A stretch of DNA of 41,805 nucleotides from the IMG/VR virus record IMGVR_UViG_3300045950_000203, positions 1 to 41,805 of that record; one strand, given 5' to 3'. Shown in pieces: positions 33,461 through 41,387 of this stretch. The notes under the pieces were generated by a model. It saw only the letters and a program-made list of their open reading frames with translations. It searched no databases and had not been told where the DNA came from. Source of the DNA: a virus. Positions within the stretch are counted from its first letter, which is position 1. Each line of letters starts with the position of its first letter. Both the position numbers and the translations under genes were made by a program.

Positions 33461-34531
33461 ATGAATCAAGAAGTGACAATTTCTATATCGCATCTAATGC
33501 CTCAGACTTTAGCTGAAAAGCTAAAGATGGCAGATGTATTCGTGAAATCGGGACTTATGCCTTCTGGTTTCCGAACAGCAAGTCAGGTACTTGTGGCCCT
33601 TCAGATGGGTCACGAGTTAGGTATTCCGCCAATGAGGGCAATTCAGAACATCGCAATAGTCAATGGTCGGCCGACACTCTCTGCCGATCTTCTTTTGGCT
33701 ATCGCGATGAGAACGGGGGAAGTTGAAAATTTCGATGATAATGACTGTAATACCGAAAAAGCGGTGATTAAATTAAAACGGCGGGGATATAGTGAAAAAA
33801 TTTCAGTTTTTACTTGGGAAGATGCGAGGAAAGCGGGACTAACAGGAAAAGAGAACTGGCAGCGATTTCCACAGAGAATGCTCAGGGCTAGGGCGCTTGC
33901 TTTTGCAGTGAGAGACCGTTTTCCTGACGTTCTCGCCGGCCTTTACACAGCTGATGAAATTTCTGGAGGTTTAGTAGAAGATGTGATTGATGTAGAAATC
34001 CTGGAAACAAAAGAAAAATTCCCCTCTCCACAAGAACAAGAAATCAAACCTGTCGATTCCAATTCTGAATCAATGACACCGGAACAAAAAAAAGATATAA
34101 TTTTGATTTCATCTCTCCTTAAATCGATGGGAATCACCTCGAAAGAGGCTTGCCTGGAAAAAATTAGATCAATTATCCCAAGAGAAAATGGCTCTCCGAT
34201 TCAAAGCAGAAAAGATCTTACCTCAGAAGAACGAAAATCTGTTATCGATTTTCTTAAAAAAGAAGAAGCTGAACTTTTCAAAATCCTGATAACAGCTCTC
34301 ATTCAGGATTTTCAAACAGCCAAAATAAAATCAGAATTTATGATGGATAAAATCATTGACTATATCGGTCATAATGTCTATGATTTAAAAGAACTCTCTC
34401 TGCAAGAAATCAAAGAAATTCGTGAAAAGCTTCAAACAGAATATTCAACTTTTTTCCCTTTAACTCCTAAAGAATGGAAAAAAATCCATCCACCAAAAAG
34501 AAAGGAAACAAGTGAAAATCCTCATAACTAG
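33461..34531 (+). CDS. RecT/Red-beta-superfamily-like single-strand annealing protein with a long C-terminal tail.
   Basis: LQMGHELGIPPMRAIQNIAIVNGRP..SADLLLAIAMRTG and ENWQRFPQRMLRARALAFAVRDRFPD parallel the RecT core blocks. TAGGAGA precedes ATG 33461. The track start at 33425 lies inside the promoter. Confidence 0.55.
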   Translation: MNQEVTISISHLMPQTLAEKLKMADVFVKSGLMPSGFRTASQVLVALQMGHELGIPPMRAIQNIAIVNGRPTLSADLLLAIAMRTGEVENFDDNDCNTEKAVIKLKRRGYSEKISVFTWEDARKAGLTGKENWQRFPQRMLRARALAFAVRDRFPDVLAGLYTADEISGGLVEDVIDVEILETKEKFPSPQEQEIKPVDSNSESMTPEQKKDIILISSLLKSMGITSKEACLEKIRSIIPRENGSPIQSRKDLTSEERKSVIDFLKKEEAELFKILITALIQDFQTAKIKSEFMMDKIIDYIGHNVYDLKELSLQEIKEIREKLQTEYSTFFPLTPKEWKKIHPPKRKETSENPHN

Positions 34532-34643
34532 CTGGACTTCGGTGGATCTAGTAAAACCATGTACGCTCTGTCACAAAATAATCAAAAAACATTTTGAAGC
34601 ATAAAAAGCTTGGAATCAAAGAGCTAAATAAGGATAAAATTAT

Positions 34644-34988
34644 ATGACTGAAACTCAGCTTATAGCCGTAATTCTTGAGTATCTGAAACTTCACCATATT
34701 CCTGCATGGCGAAATAATACCGGTGCTTTTGTCGGTGAACACAAAGGAAAGCATCGATTTCATCGCTATGGATTCAAAGGAAGCAGCGATATTTTGGGAA
34801 TAATTCCTCCGAATGGTCGATTATTAGCGATTGAAGTAAAAATCGGGAAAAACAAGCTTACTCTCGATCAATTACAATTTTGGCAGATGATCCGCGATAA
34901 TGGAGGACTGGCATTTGTAGCATATAAACTAGAAGACGTTGAATTGGCTCTAAAATCGAAAATCGATCTTTCGGATGAGGAAAAATGA
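34644..34988 (+). CDS. VRR-NUC domain nuclease.
   Basis: GSSDILGIIPPNGRLLAIEVKIGKNKLTLDQLQFWQMIRDNGGLAFV matches the D...ExK plus Q pattern of VRR-NUC. Confidence 0.7.
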   Translation: MTETQLIAVILEYLKLHHIPAWRNNTGAFVGEHKGKHRFHRYGFKGSSDILGIIPPNGRLLAIEVKIGKNKLTLDQLQFWQMIRDNGGLAFVAYKLEDVELALKSKIDLSDEEK

Positions 34989-35015
34989 TCGTCGAATGCA
35001 AAAATAACCCATAAT

Positions 35016-35888
35016 TTGAAGAAAAACATGAGCAAACAAGCGATTACTAATGCAACTCGAACGGATCTATTTTTGATGGACCCAGCGCAGTTAACTATCA
35101 TCGGACTAGACACTCCCGATAAGGAGAATCATCCTCTTTATGATTCGCGGATTCATTTGCCTCTTGATGAGGCAATGGTAAAAAATATAATGACATTCGG
35201 AGTACTAGAACCTGTTTTAGTCAGAAAAAACGGAGAAAATATCGAGGTTCTTGACGGTAAACAGCGGGTCCGACATGCCAGAGAGGCAAACAAACGATTA
35301 GAGGCTCAAGGTAGTAAACCTCTGAGAATTTCGGTACTTGCCCCCAAGAGAGAATCAGATAAGAATCTCGCAGGAATAATGGTTTCTGCTAATGAGATTC
35401 GTAGGAGCGATGAATGGGTTCAAAGAGCTGAAAAAGCTCTAAAACTCCTAAATTTCGGTTACACAAAACCTGAGATTGCTAATCTTTTTAATGTATCAAT
35501 GGCGACAGTTACTCAATGGCTTATGTTTTTTGATTTGGATGAAACCATTAAAGCAAAAATTGTCAATGGCGATTTGGCTCCTTCTACGGCTACATTATTA
35601 GCCAAGTTTTCCCATGAACAGCAAAAAGAAGAGTTGTTAAAACTTGAGAAAGCCAAAGACAATAATGGCAAAAGCAAAATCAGAAAAAATTCTGTTATCG
35701 AAACTATTTCTAAATCAAAATCTAAACCTCTCCCAGGAAAAAAACTCCTTAAAGGTATTCTGAAACATCAAGAATATTCAGATATTTTGCCTAATGGTTT
35801 CTTGGCTGCTCTTGAGTGGATTCTCGGCGAAATTCAAACAGAAGATATTCCCGGTCTCTCTGAAATTTTAAAGGAGTTGGAAAAATGA
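35016..35888 (+). CDS. ParB N-terminal-domain protein with an HTH.
   Basis: LEPVLVRKNGENIEVLDGKQRVRHA is a ParB/Srx box, and KPEIANLFNVSMATVTQWL is an HTH. An alternative start is ATG 35028. Confidence 0.65.
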   Translation: MKKNMSKQAITNATRTDLFLMDPAQLTIIGLDTPDKENHPLYDSRIHLPLDEAMVKNIMTFGVLEPVLVRKNGENIEVLDGKQRVRHAREANKRLEAQGSKPLRISVLAPKRESDKNLAGIMVSANEIRRSDEWVQRAEKALKLLNFGYTKPEIANLFNVSMATVTQWLMFFDLDETIKAKIVNGDLAPSTATLLAKFSHEQQKEELLKLEKAKDNNGKSKIRKNSVIETISKSKSKPLPGKKLLKGILKHQEYSDILPNGFLAALEWILGEIQTEDIPGLSEILKELEK

Positions 35889-36274
35889 GTCTTATAGCAA
35901 TCATCGGAAAACTCATAGGCCCGATTGCAGAAGTAATAGATCGCGTGATTCCAGACAAAAACGTCTCGAATCACTTGACGTCTCAGATTCAAAAAGAGCT
36001 TATGGAAAAAGTTTACAAGAATCTCGAACAGGAGCTTGATGCTCAGGTTCAGGTTTTACTGGCAGAGGCCAAGGGTGATCTCTGGATTCAGAAAGCATGG
36101 CGGCCCATTGCCATGCTCGCGTTTACGGCAATTGTCTTTTTTTATACGCTTCTACCTGCTGTCGCTGGCACAAATCCACCACCATTACCAGATCAAATCT
36201 GGTATTTTTTGGATATTAGCATGGGTGGTTACATCGTGGGACGGTCGGCGGAGAAAATTCTGAAAAAGCCATGA
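35885..36274 (+). CDS. Putative holin (3-TM, GTA-holin-like).
   Basis: 129 aa. LAEAKGDLWIQKAWRPIAMLAFTAIVFFYTLLPAV plus a further hydrophobic segment resembles the Holin-of-3TMs family. Confidence 0.5.
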   Translation: MSLIAIIGKLIGPIAEVIDRVIPDKNVSNHLTSQIQKELMEKVYKNLEQELDAQVQVLLAEAKGDLWIQKAWRPIAMLAFTAIVFFYTLLPAVAGTNPPPLPDQIWYFLDISMGGYIVGRSAEKILKKP

Positions 36275-37140
36275 AATCAAAGAAAGGAATTATTATGAAA
36301 ACTTGGCATGATAATTCATCCTTAAAAGATCATTTTATTACTCAAATGCAATCTCATTATGATGCAGATGAATTGGTTAAAGGGTATTATTGGGAAAATG
36401 GGAAAGGTTGTGCAATCGGATGTGTTACGCATAGCGGAAAAAATCCGCATTCAGAATTTGAAAAACTAACAGGGATTCCTCGGATAATTGTAAGGATTGT
36501 AGATTTAATTTTTGAGCGACTTTCAAACGAAGAAGCGAAGAAGTGGCCTTTGCAATTTTTGAAGGCGGTGCCAGTTGGTGTTAATCCGGTATTCTGGTGG
36601 CCGAAGTTTTCACTTTGGCTTTTAATAGATCCTAAAGAAGGTATTATCCGGTTTGCCAAAACTAACCGTACAGAGGTAATAAATCAGGTAGCCAATCTTT
36701 ATAAACGACAGATTTTAGGAGAGCGAATTTCTCAAGAGGATTGGCGAAATTCCGCCGCCGCCGCCGCCTACGCCGCCGCCTACGCCGCCGCCTACGCCGC
36801 CGCCGACGCCGCCGCCTACGCCGCCGCCTACGCCGCCGCCTACGCCGCCGCCTACGCCTCCTACGCCGACGACGCCTCCTACGCCGACGACGCCTACGCC
36901 GCCGCCTACGCCGCCGCCTACGCCGCCGATGCCGCCGCCGCCTACGCCGCCGCCTACGCCGCCGCCTACGCCGCCGACGCCGCCGACGCCGCCGCCTACG
37001 CCGCCGCCGCCTACGCCGCCGCCTACGCCGCCGACGCCGACGCTAAAACTGCGACATATCAAAAAGCATATCAAAAAATGAGAGATAAACTATTAGAGAT
37101 TGTAGGAAAAACTAAGGAATGCAATAATGAAATCAGATAA
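36271..37140 (+). CDS. Hypothetical protein: globular Cys/Trp-containing N-domain plus a low-complexity region of about 95 aa, (AAAY)n/(AAD)n.
   Basis: 289-aa ORF with ATGA overlap with the holin gene. The repeat is in frame and flanked by normal sequence. Confidence 0.7.
   Translation: MKSKKGIIMKTWHDNSSLKDHFITQMQSHYDADELVKGYYWENGKGCAIGCVTHSGKNPHSEFEKLTGIPRIIVRIVDLIFERLSNEEAKKWPLQFLKAVPVGVNPVFWWPKFSLWLLIDPKEGIIRFAKTNRTEVINQVANLYKRQILGERISQEDWRNSAAAAAYAAAYAAAYAAADAAAYAAAYAAAYAAAYASYADDASYADDAYAAAYAAAYAADAAAAYAAAYAAAYAADAADAAAYAAAAYAAAYAADADAKTATYQKAYQKMRDKLLEIVGKTKECNNEIR
36752..37043 (+). repeat. Tandem 12-nt repeat array, GCCGCCGCCTAC and variants.
   Basis: Read directly. About 24 units with GAC/GAT/TCC variants. 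It is very GC-rich, and all frames on both strands are open. Confidence 0.9.
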
Positions 37141-37228
37141 AAAAACATGGGATAATTTAAGCCCAGAATTAAAGAAAATTCTCACTCCAGATCGCGATAA
37201 ACCTATAAGTCAACTACCCGTCCCCTAA
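37127..37228 (+). CDS. 33-codon ORF, possibly the truncated N-terminus of a duplicated copy of the upstream gene.
   Basis: MKSDKKTWDNLSPELKKILTPDRDKPISQLPVP* can be compared with MKSKKGIIMKTWHDNSSLKDHFI of 36271..37140. Its stop sits in the loop of hairpin 37217-38. Confidence 0.3.
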   Translation: MKSDKKTWDNLSPELKKILTPDRDKPISQLPVP

Positions 37229-37590
37229 AGGGGACGGGCTTGTCCGGAAGCAATCCTGAACAGGCCCCACGTTGACCAGCTTCAGCCAGGGCCTTCGGGC
37301 TACCGGGCTACGTTATCTGAGTCAGGACACCCTGGGGTGCTTCGCCAGCTCCAGGCACTTTGTGTCGTCCGGCATTAAACAGGTGTAAGGGGTTTAGGCC
37401 AGTGTGCCGGATGTAAAAAGCTCGGATAACATTGGCGAGGAGAGACTCCGATCTCATTCGGAGCGTTACCAGCCCCTTACGGGGACCGCTTAGAGGGGAG
37501 GGCCTTCGGGCTCTCCCCTTGTGAGCGGATGCTAAAAAGGCGCTCCTCCCCTTCCCTCTCATAGAAAGGGTGTCCGCGCCTGGGAGGATT
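37212..37590 (+). ncRNA. Candidate structured non-coding RNA of unknown class.
   Basis: A GC-rich island with no ORF of 60 aa or more on the + strand. It has at least six strong hairpins, including two C(UUCG)G hairpins, and G-T wobbles compatible only with the + strand. See findings. Confidence 0.5.
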
Positions 37591-37615
37591 TATGACTTTT
37601 AAAAGGAGCTGAAAT

Positions 37616-37705
37616 ATGGGATATATATTTTATCATTGTACAAAACATAATTGGGAATCAGTCGATCCTTGTCTCTTTTGCCAAAAAGAAAAACAATCGG
37701 TATGA
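37616..37705 (+). CDS. 29-aa Cys/His mini-protein.
   Basis: An AAAGGAG SD lies 7 nt before the ATG. The product is MGYIFYHCTKHNWESVDPCLFCQKEKQSV*. Confidence 0.4.
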   Translation: MGYIFYHCTKHNWESVDPCLFCQKEKQSV

Positions 37706-37788
37706 TCGAAACAGCAGGAGGTTTTACAATTATTGCTCGCTCTTTAGGAGATGTGATTCAAGCTTTAGAATCATTGAAAGGAGAATGA
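37702..37788 (+). CDS. 28-aa hypothetical peptide.
   Basis: ATGA start/stop overlap with the previous ORF. The product is MIETAGGFTIIARSLGDVIQALESLKGE*. Confidence 0.35.
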   Translation: MIETAGGFTIIARSLGDVIQALESLKGE

Positions 37789-37797
37789 AATAAATAA

Positions 37798-37986
37798 ATG
37801 GAACCAGATGAAATATGGGAATTTTTCAGCTTTATACGAGAAGTAGCTTTGTATGAAATATATCAAACTTTGATTTTTCATCAAGAACAGAGCATGACTA
37901 TTGTTGAATGTGCTTTTCTTGATCTCTATGGAGAACGGCTGAATTACTTCAGAGAATGTGCGGAATTTGAAAATCGAGCAAGATAG
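37798..37986 (+). CDS. Hypothetical protein.
   Basis: 62-aa ORF with a GGAGAA SD upstream. Confidence 0.45.
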   Translation: MEPDEIWEFFSFIREVALYEIYQTLIFHQEQSMTIVECAFLDLYGERLNYFRECAEFENRAR

Positions 37987-38031
37987 TTGTAAAATTTTGG
38001 CAGAATTTAAAAAAATAAAATAGTTTGTAGC

Positions 38032-38667
38032 TTACCACAGATCCCAATTAAAATTCTGCTCTCTGTCTAAAGTAGAAATAATCGGAATTTCATTTCGAGA
38101 AGGACGGCTATGAATATTCCCCCCCATTTTGAATTGTTCTGCATACCAAAGAGGCAAAGCTAGAGCAATCACCATGTCGTCATGTTTACCTCGATCCGCT
38201 TCATAAGAATCCTCACCTTGTGTTCCAATTTTGACTCTGAAACTGATAAGTTGATTTCTTAGAGTTCTAGCTAAATCCATTTGTCCTGCAATTTTTAGCC
38301 GGCCTGATTCTAGTACAATTGCTAAAGCGCCAACTAAATCACGCTTTGGTAGGCGATAGTCAACTAAATTCACTTCGACAACATTGTAACCTCCCGTGAT
38401 TTGAACAGAAATTACAGAGAGTTTTTCTCGAAGATAATCAATAATCGGAGTTCCGATTCCTGTTGCATCTACCACAAGAGTATGATTTTCTTTGAATGGT
38501 TCTTTGTTTAGACATTCAAACAGAAAACTTACAATCTGTGGATAGGGAGTATGTAAAGGAAAACTGCGGATATTCCTCAATAGATATAGATCTGATGTCT
38601 GCTCGATTAAAGTCAATGTAGATGGATCTTTTGTTTTTCCTAGATCTAATCCGAATAGGAATCTCAA
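38032..38667 (-). CDS. terL: Large terminase, nuclease (RNase H-like) domain as a separate ORF.
   Basis: LFGLDLGKTKDPSTLTLIE supplies the first catalytic Asp and HDDMVIALALPLWY the last Asp. The start is TTG 38667, overlapping the TGA of the ATPase ORF. Confidence 0.75.
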   Translation of the reverse strand: MRFLFGLDLGKTKDPSTLTLIEQTSDLYLLRNIRSFPLHTPYPQIVSFLFECLNKEPFKENHTLVVDATGIGTPIIDYLREKLSVISVQITGGYNVVEVNLVDYRLPKRDLVGALAIVLESGRLKIAGQMDLARTLRNQLISFRVKIGTQGEDSYEADRGKHDDMVIALALPLWYAEQFKMGGNIHSRPSRNEIPIISTLDREQNFNWDLW

Positions 38668-39419
38668 TTGAAAAACTCCATCGGTTCTATAGAATTGTCA
38701 AAGGCTCTTTCAATCGCAGTCAATGAAAAAAACTGATCTTCACTTTCAATAAACTCGCATAAAAAGTCCTGACGAAAAGCCCAATCTGACATGCGATCGC
38801 GTAAATTTTCAAGATAATTCTGATCGATTCGAGGATTTTGATAAGCATTTATTAAAATTTTTTTCCAGGTTTCTTTTGAATTCCATTCTTGCCAAAAAAT
38901 TCCTCTTTTTCCTGCCGGTGTAGAAAGTAAAATCAGTTTTCCTTTTGAAACTGCTAACATTGGAAGAACTGAATAATAAAGGTTATCTTCGATTCGAGCT
39001 GCTTCATCAATGATCAGAAGCGAAACTGATGAATATCCTCGAATCGTTTCCTCTTTACCAGGTAAACAAATGATCCTTGATCCATTTTCACATTCTAATT
39101 TAAGTGCTGATTCTTCCGTAACTGGAAGTTGAACTTCCTTCAAAATCGCATAAAACTGACGAACTTTCCTAAAAAGTTCCTGACTCTGACGCAAACTAGG
39201 AGATAAAATTAGAGTAAGCGCGTGAGAGCGAGATATTGTGTTATGAAATCCAGCTAAGGCAGCTATTGTACTTTTTCCTGATTGTCGAGCGCAATTTAAG
39301 ATAATCTTTGGAGCCTGAGAAAGTAGAACTTCTTCTTGCCACGGATCGAGCTTTAATCCGGCTAACTCTGCTAATAGTGTAGGATCAAGAGCAGTTCCGA
39401 TTTTAAGATTAGGATTCAT
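38664..39419 (-). CDS. terL: Large terminase, ATPase domain as a separate ORF.
   Basis: Walker A is CARQSGKST, Walker B is LLIIDEAA, and the coupling motif is LLSTP. The product is 251 aa. Confidence 0.8.
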   Translation of the reverse strand: MNPNLKIGTALDPTLLAELAGLKLDPWQEEVLLSQAPKIILNCARQSGKSTIAALAGFHNTISRSHALTLILSPSLRQSQELFRKVRQFYAILKEVQLPVTEESALKLECENGSRIICLPGKEETIRGYSSVSLLIIDEAARIEDNLYYSVLPMLAVSKGKLILLSTPAGKRGIFWQEWNSKETWKKILINAYQNPRIDQNYLENLRDRMSDWAFRQDFLCEFIESEDQFFSLTAIERAFDNSIEPMEFFN

Positions 39420-40713
39420 AGTCTTCTGGTAGTTTCATCTGACTCTCATAAATTCCTTGCTTTTCAGTTCTAGGAATTTCTTCAATATCCTCTGGATTAT
39501 ATCCATATTTTCTTAGATAATACTGAGTCGAAAAGCGACGCTGTGTTGCTCCTTTTTCTCGACTCCATCCTTCAATGACCTTTGTATCTTTAAGAAGAGT
39601 TTCATATTGATTTTCTCGATATAAACAATAAATCGGAGGATAAGGATCATCAAAATTTAGTTCATTTATTTTAGCGATTAACTCATTTCCTGCATTCTCT
39701 GCCATCGCTTTAATAGCTAATTCTGCTAGGTTCATTCCCTCCTGGTGAGTTTTTGCGGCTCCATAGGAGCTTGATTCTGCCCCCCGCATTTCAACGGTAA
39801 GCGTTTGACCTAGCAGAGCCTTTGAAATTTCGTTGTTCCAAAATATTTCATATCGCTCGTAAATATCGGAACTTTTACCGCTACTTTCATGAAAGTCGAT
39901 TGAAGAATCATTCGGCACAGTTCCGACTCCATCTTGACAGAGCTTGTCAAGTGCATCCAAAATAGCGGAAATCTCTCGTTCTCCAAGTCCCCTCGGATGT
40001 TTAGCGATCGGCCAGGGCATTCCATATTTTTCAACAAATTTTATCCACCATTTTGCTCCGTTCTTTTTTGCAGATACCGGCCAGAAAACCAGAGATAAGA
40101 GTGGAAATCCTTGAGGACGTTCATAAGTAGACATATGTTGAATGACAAGAAAGTTTTCATCTGGTATCGAAATACCAGGAAATGGATTTTCTTTTGTTTT
40201 GAATAAAATCCGATTATCAGGAGCCCAATTAAACCACCACGGAGGTTTAGCTTCAATAGCTTTTAAATTTTTTGCCTTATTGGAACCTGGTAACCACCAT
40301 CCTCCTTCAGAAATCCAATTAATTTCTAAGGGTTGATAACCCCACAATTTTGCATCAACAATAAAAGAAACAAAATGAAAATTATTGATATTTCTAAAAC
40401 TGGTTTCAATTAGTTTTAATGTCTTCTTTTTTGTTAATTGCTGTGGTTCAATTCGATATGAATAGGATTGAATTCCTCGTTTAAGTTGACTGACACAAGC
40501 AAAAACATGAGGGTCCGTTAGAAGTTCACGATAGACCTTCATGTCCTTATTAAGTTTTTTTAAGATGTCGTCAGGATTAGGTAGATAACCAAAAGCAGTT
40601 AAATAAAAATCTTCAGAAATTTCGCGGGAAGCTATTTGACGGGAAAGAGAACGAGAGGGGGCCTCAAAATGATAACTTTCATGCTCATTTAACCAGAGTG
40701 TTAATTGACTCAT
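39409..40713 (-). CDS. Portal protein (Mu gp29/DUF935-like).
   Basis: 434 aa. LLTDPHVFACVSQLKRGI, WWIKFVEKYGMPWPIAK and NNEISKALLGQTLT match the DUF935 pattern. Confidence 0.75.
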   Translation of the reverse strand: MSQLTLWLNEHESYHFEAPSRSLSRQIASREISEDFYLTAFGYLPNPDDILKKLNKDMKVYRELLTDPHVFACVSQLKRGIQSYSYRIEPQQLTKKKTLKLIETSFRNINNFHFVSFIVDAKLWGYQPLEINWISEGGWWLPGSNKAKNLKAIEAKPPWWFNWAPDNRILFKTKENPFPGISIPDENFLVIQHMSTYERPQGFPLLSLVFWPVSAKKNGAKWWIKFVEKYGMPWPIAKHPRGLGEREISAILDALDKLCQDGVGTVPNDSSIDFHESSGKSSDIYERYEIFWNNEISKALLGQTLTVEMRGAESSSYGAAKTHQEGMNLAELAIKAMAENAGNELIAKINELNFDDPYPPIYCLYRENQYETLLKDTKVIEGWSREKGATQRRFSTQYYLRKYGYNPEDIEEIPRTEKQGIYESQMKLPEDYES

Positions 40714-40718
40714 TCATC

Positions 40719-41093
40719 TTAGACCGTGACTTCTGGTAGAAATTCGACAGTACCCTGTAAAATTCTTGATATTTTTGCAGAAGAATCTGTCATTTCTATA
40801 TCGTATACACCTGCTGTTGCTGTTATCTTAGTAGAATCGTTCGTCGTATTCGGTGAATTGATTGTTAATGATCCTGCACTTGCATTAACAATTGTTATCG
40901 TAAAGTCTGCTAATTTTGTTCCCTTTGGAGCAAAAGTATCTCGAATTTGACCTTTAAAAGTAGCTCCTGTAAGATTTACTGCATTCCCATTAGAATCCAA
41001 TAGCGTAACATCTAAACTCCAGTCAGTTCCTTGCTGGATTCTAATATTATACGCATAAGCAAGATCTCCTTTGGTAACTTTAATGGATGCCAT
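40719..41093 (-). CDS. Small beta-sandwich (Ig/BppU-N-like) virion protein, paralogue of 4140..4484.
   Basis: 124 aa with the shared C-terminal motif described above. GDLAYAYNIRIQQGTDWSLDVTLLDSNGNAVNLTGATFKGQIR is typical of this domain. Confidence 0.6.
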   Translation of the reverse strand: MASIKVTKGDLAYAYNIRIQQGTDWSLDVTLLDSNGNAVNLTGATFKGQIRDTFAPKGTKLADFTITIVNASAGSLTINSPNTTNDSTKITATAGVYDIEMTDSSAKISRILQGTVEFLPEVTV

Positions 41094-41096
41094 GAT

Positions 41097-41387
41097 TTAA
41101 GATTTCAATCGATGAACGTTTTTCCCATTTCCTTCTTTTTTCGGATCTACTGAAGGGACTTCCTCTTTTTCTTTTTGAAGAAATTCTTGCTCTTTAGCTG
41201 CCCAATAGTTCTCTTCTTCTTCTACGCGAAGTAAGGCTCCCTGATTTTCGACTTTTTTATTTCGTGCTTCTTCAGCTTGATTTAAATGACGCTGCCGTTC
41301 TTCTTCAAACATCCTTACAACTTGTTGAAGCTCCTGTTTTCTTTTGTAAACTCTCATTTTTTCCTGTCTGATTTCTTCAAGAGTCAT
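41097..41387 (-). CDS. K/E-rich coiled-coil protein.
   Basis: 96-aa ORF immediately downstream of the fibre gene. Confidence 0.5.
   Translation of the reverse strand: MTLEEIRQEKMRVYKRKQELQQVVRMFEEERQRHLNQAEEARNKKVENQGALLRVEEEENYWAAKEQEFLQKEKEEVPSVDPKKEGNGKNVHRLKS

Noticed and set aside
36715-37074. Track ORFs 36715..37074 (-, Gly/Val-rich) and 36741..37046 (+, Arg/Leu-rich).
   Set aside because: These are alternative frames of the 12-nt GCCGCCGCCTAC array. They are open only because the repeat lacks stop codons in any frame. The AAAY frame is continuous with a normal N-domain and C-terminus.
37308-37562. 84-aa minus-strand ORF inside the GC-rich island.
   Set aside because: It is basic and low-complexity, has no SD, runs opposite to all neighbouring genes, and overlaps hairpins whose G-U pairs favour the + strand. 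It is more likely a by-product of GC-richness.
37212-37590. Group I intron, tRNA, tmRNA or RNase P identity for the GC-rich island.
   Set aside because: There is no exon continuity: an in-frame TGA lies just before the downstream ATG, which has its own SD. There is no GGTTCGAATCC-type T-arm or CCA end. There is no GAGGAAAGTCC RNase P core and no domain V-like hairpin. The class remains unknown rather than assigned.
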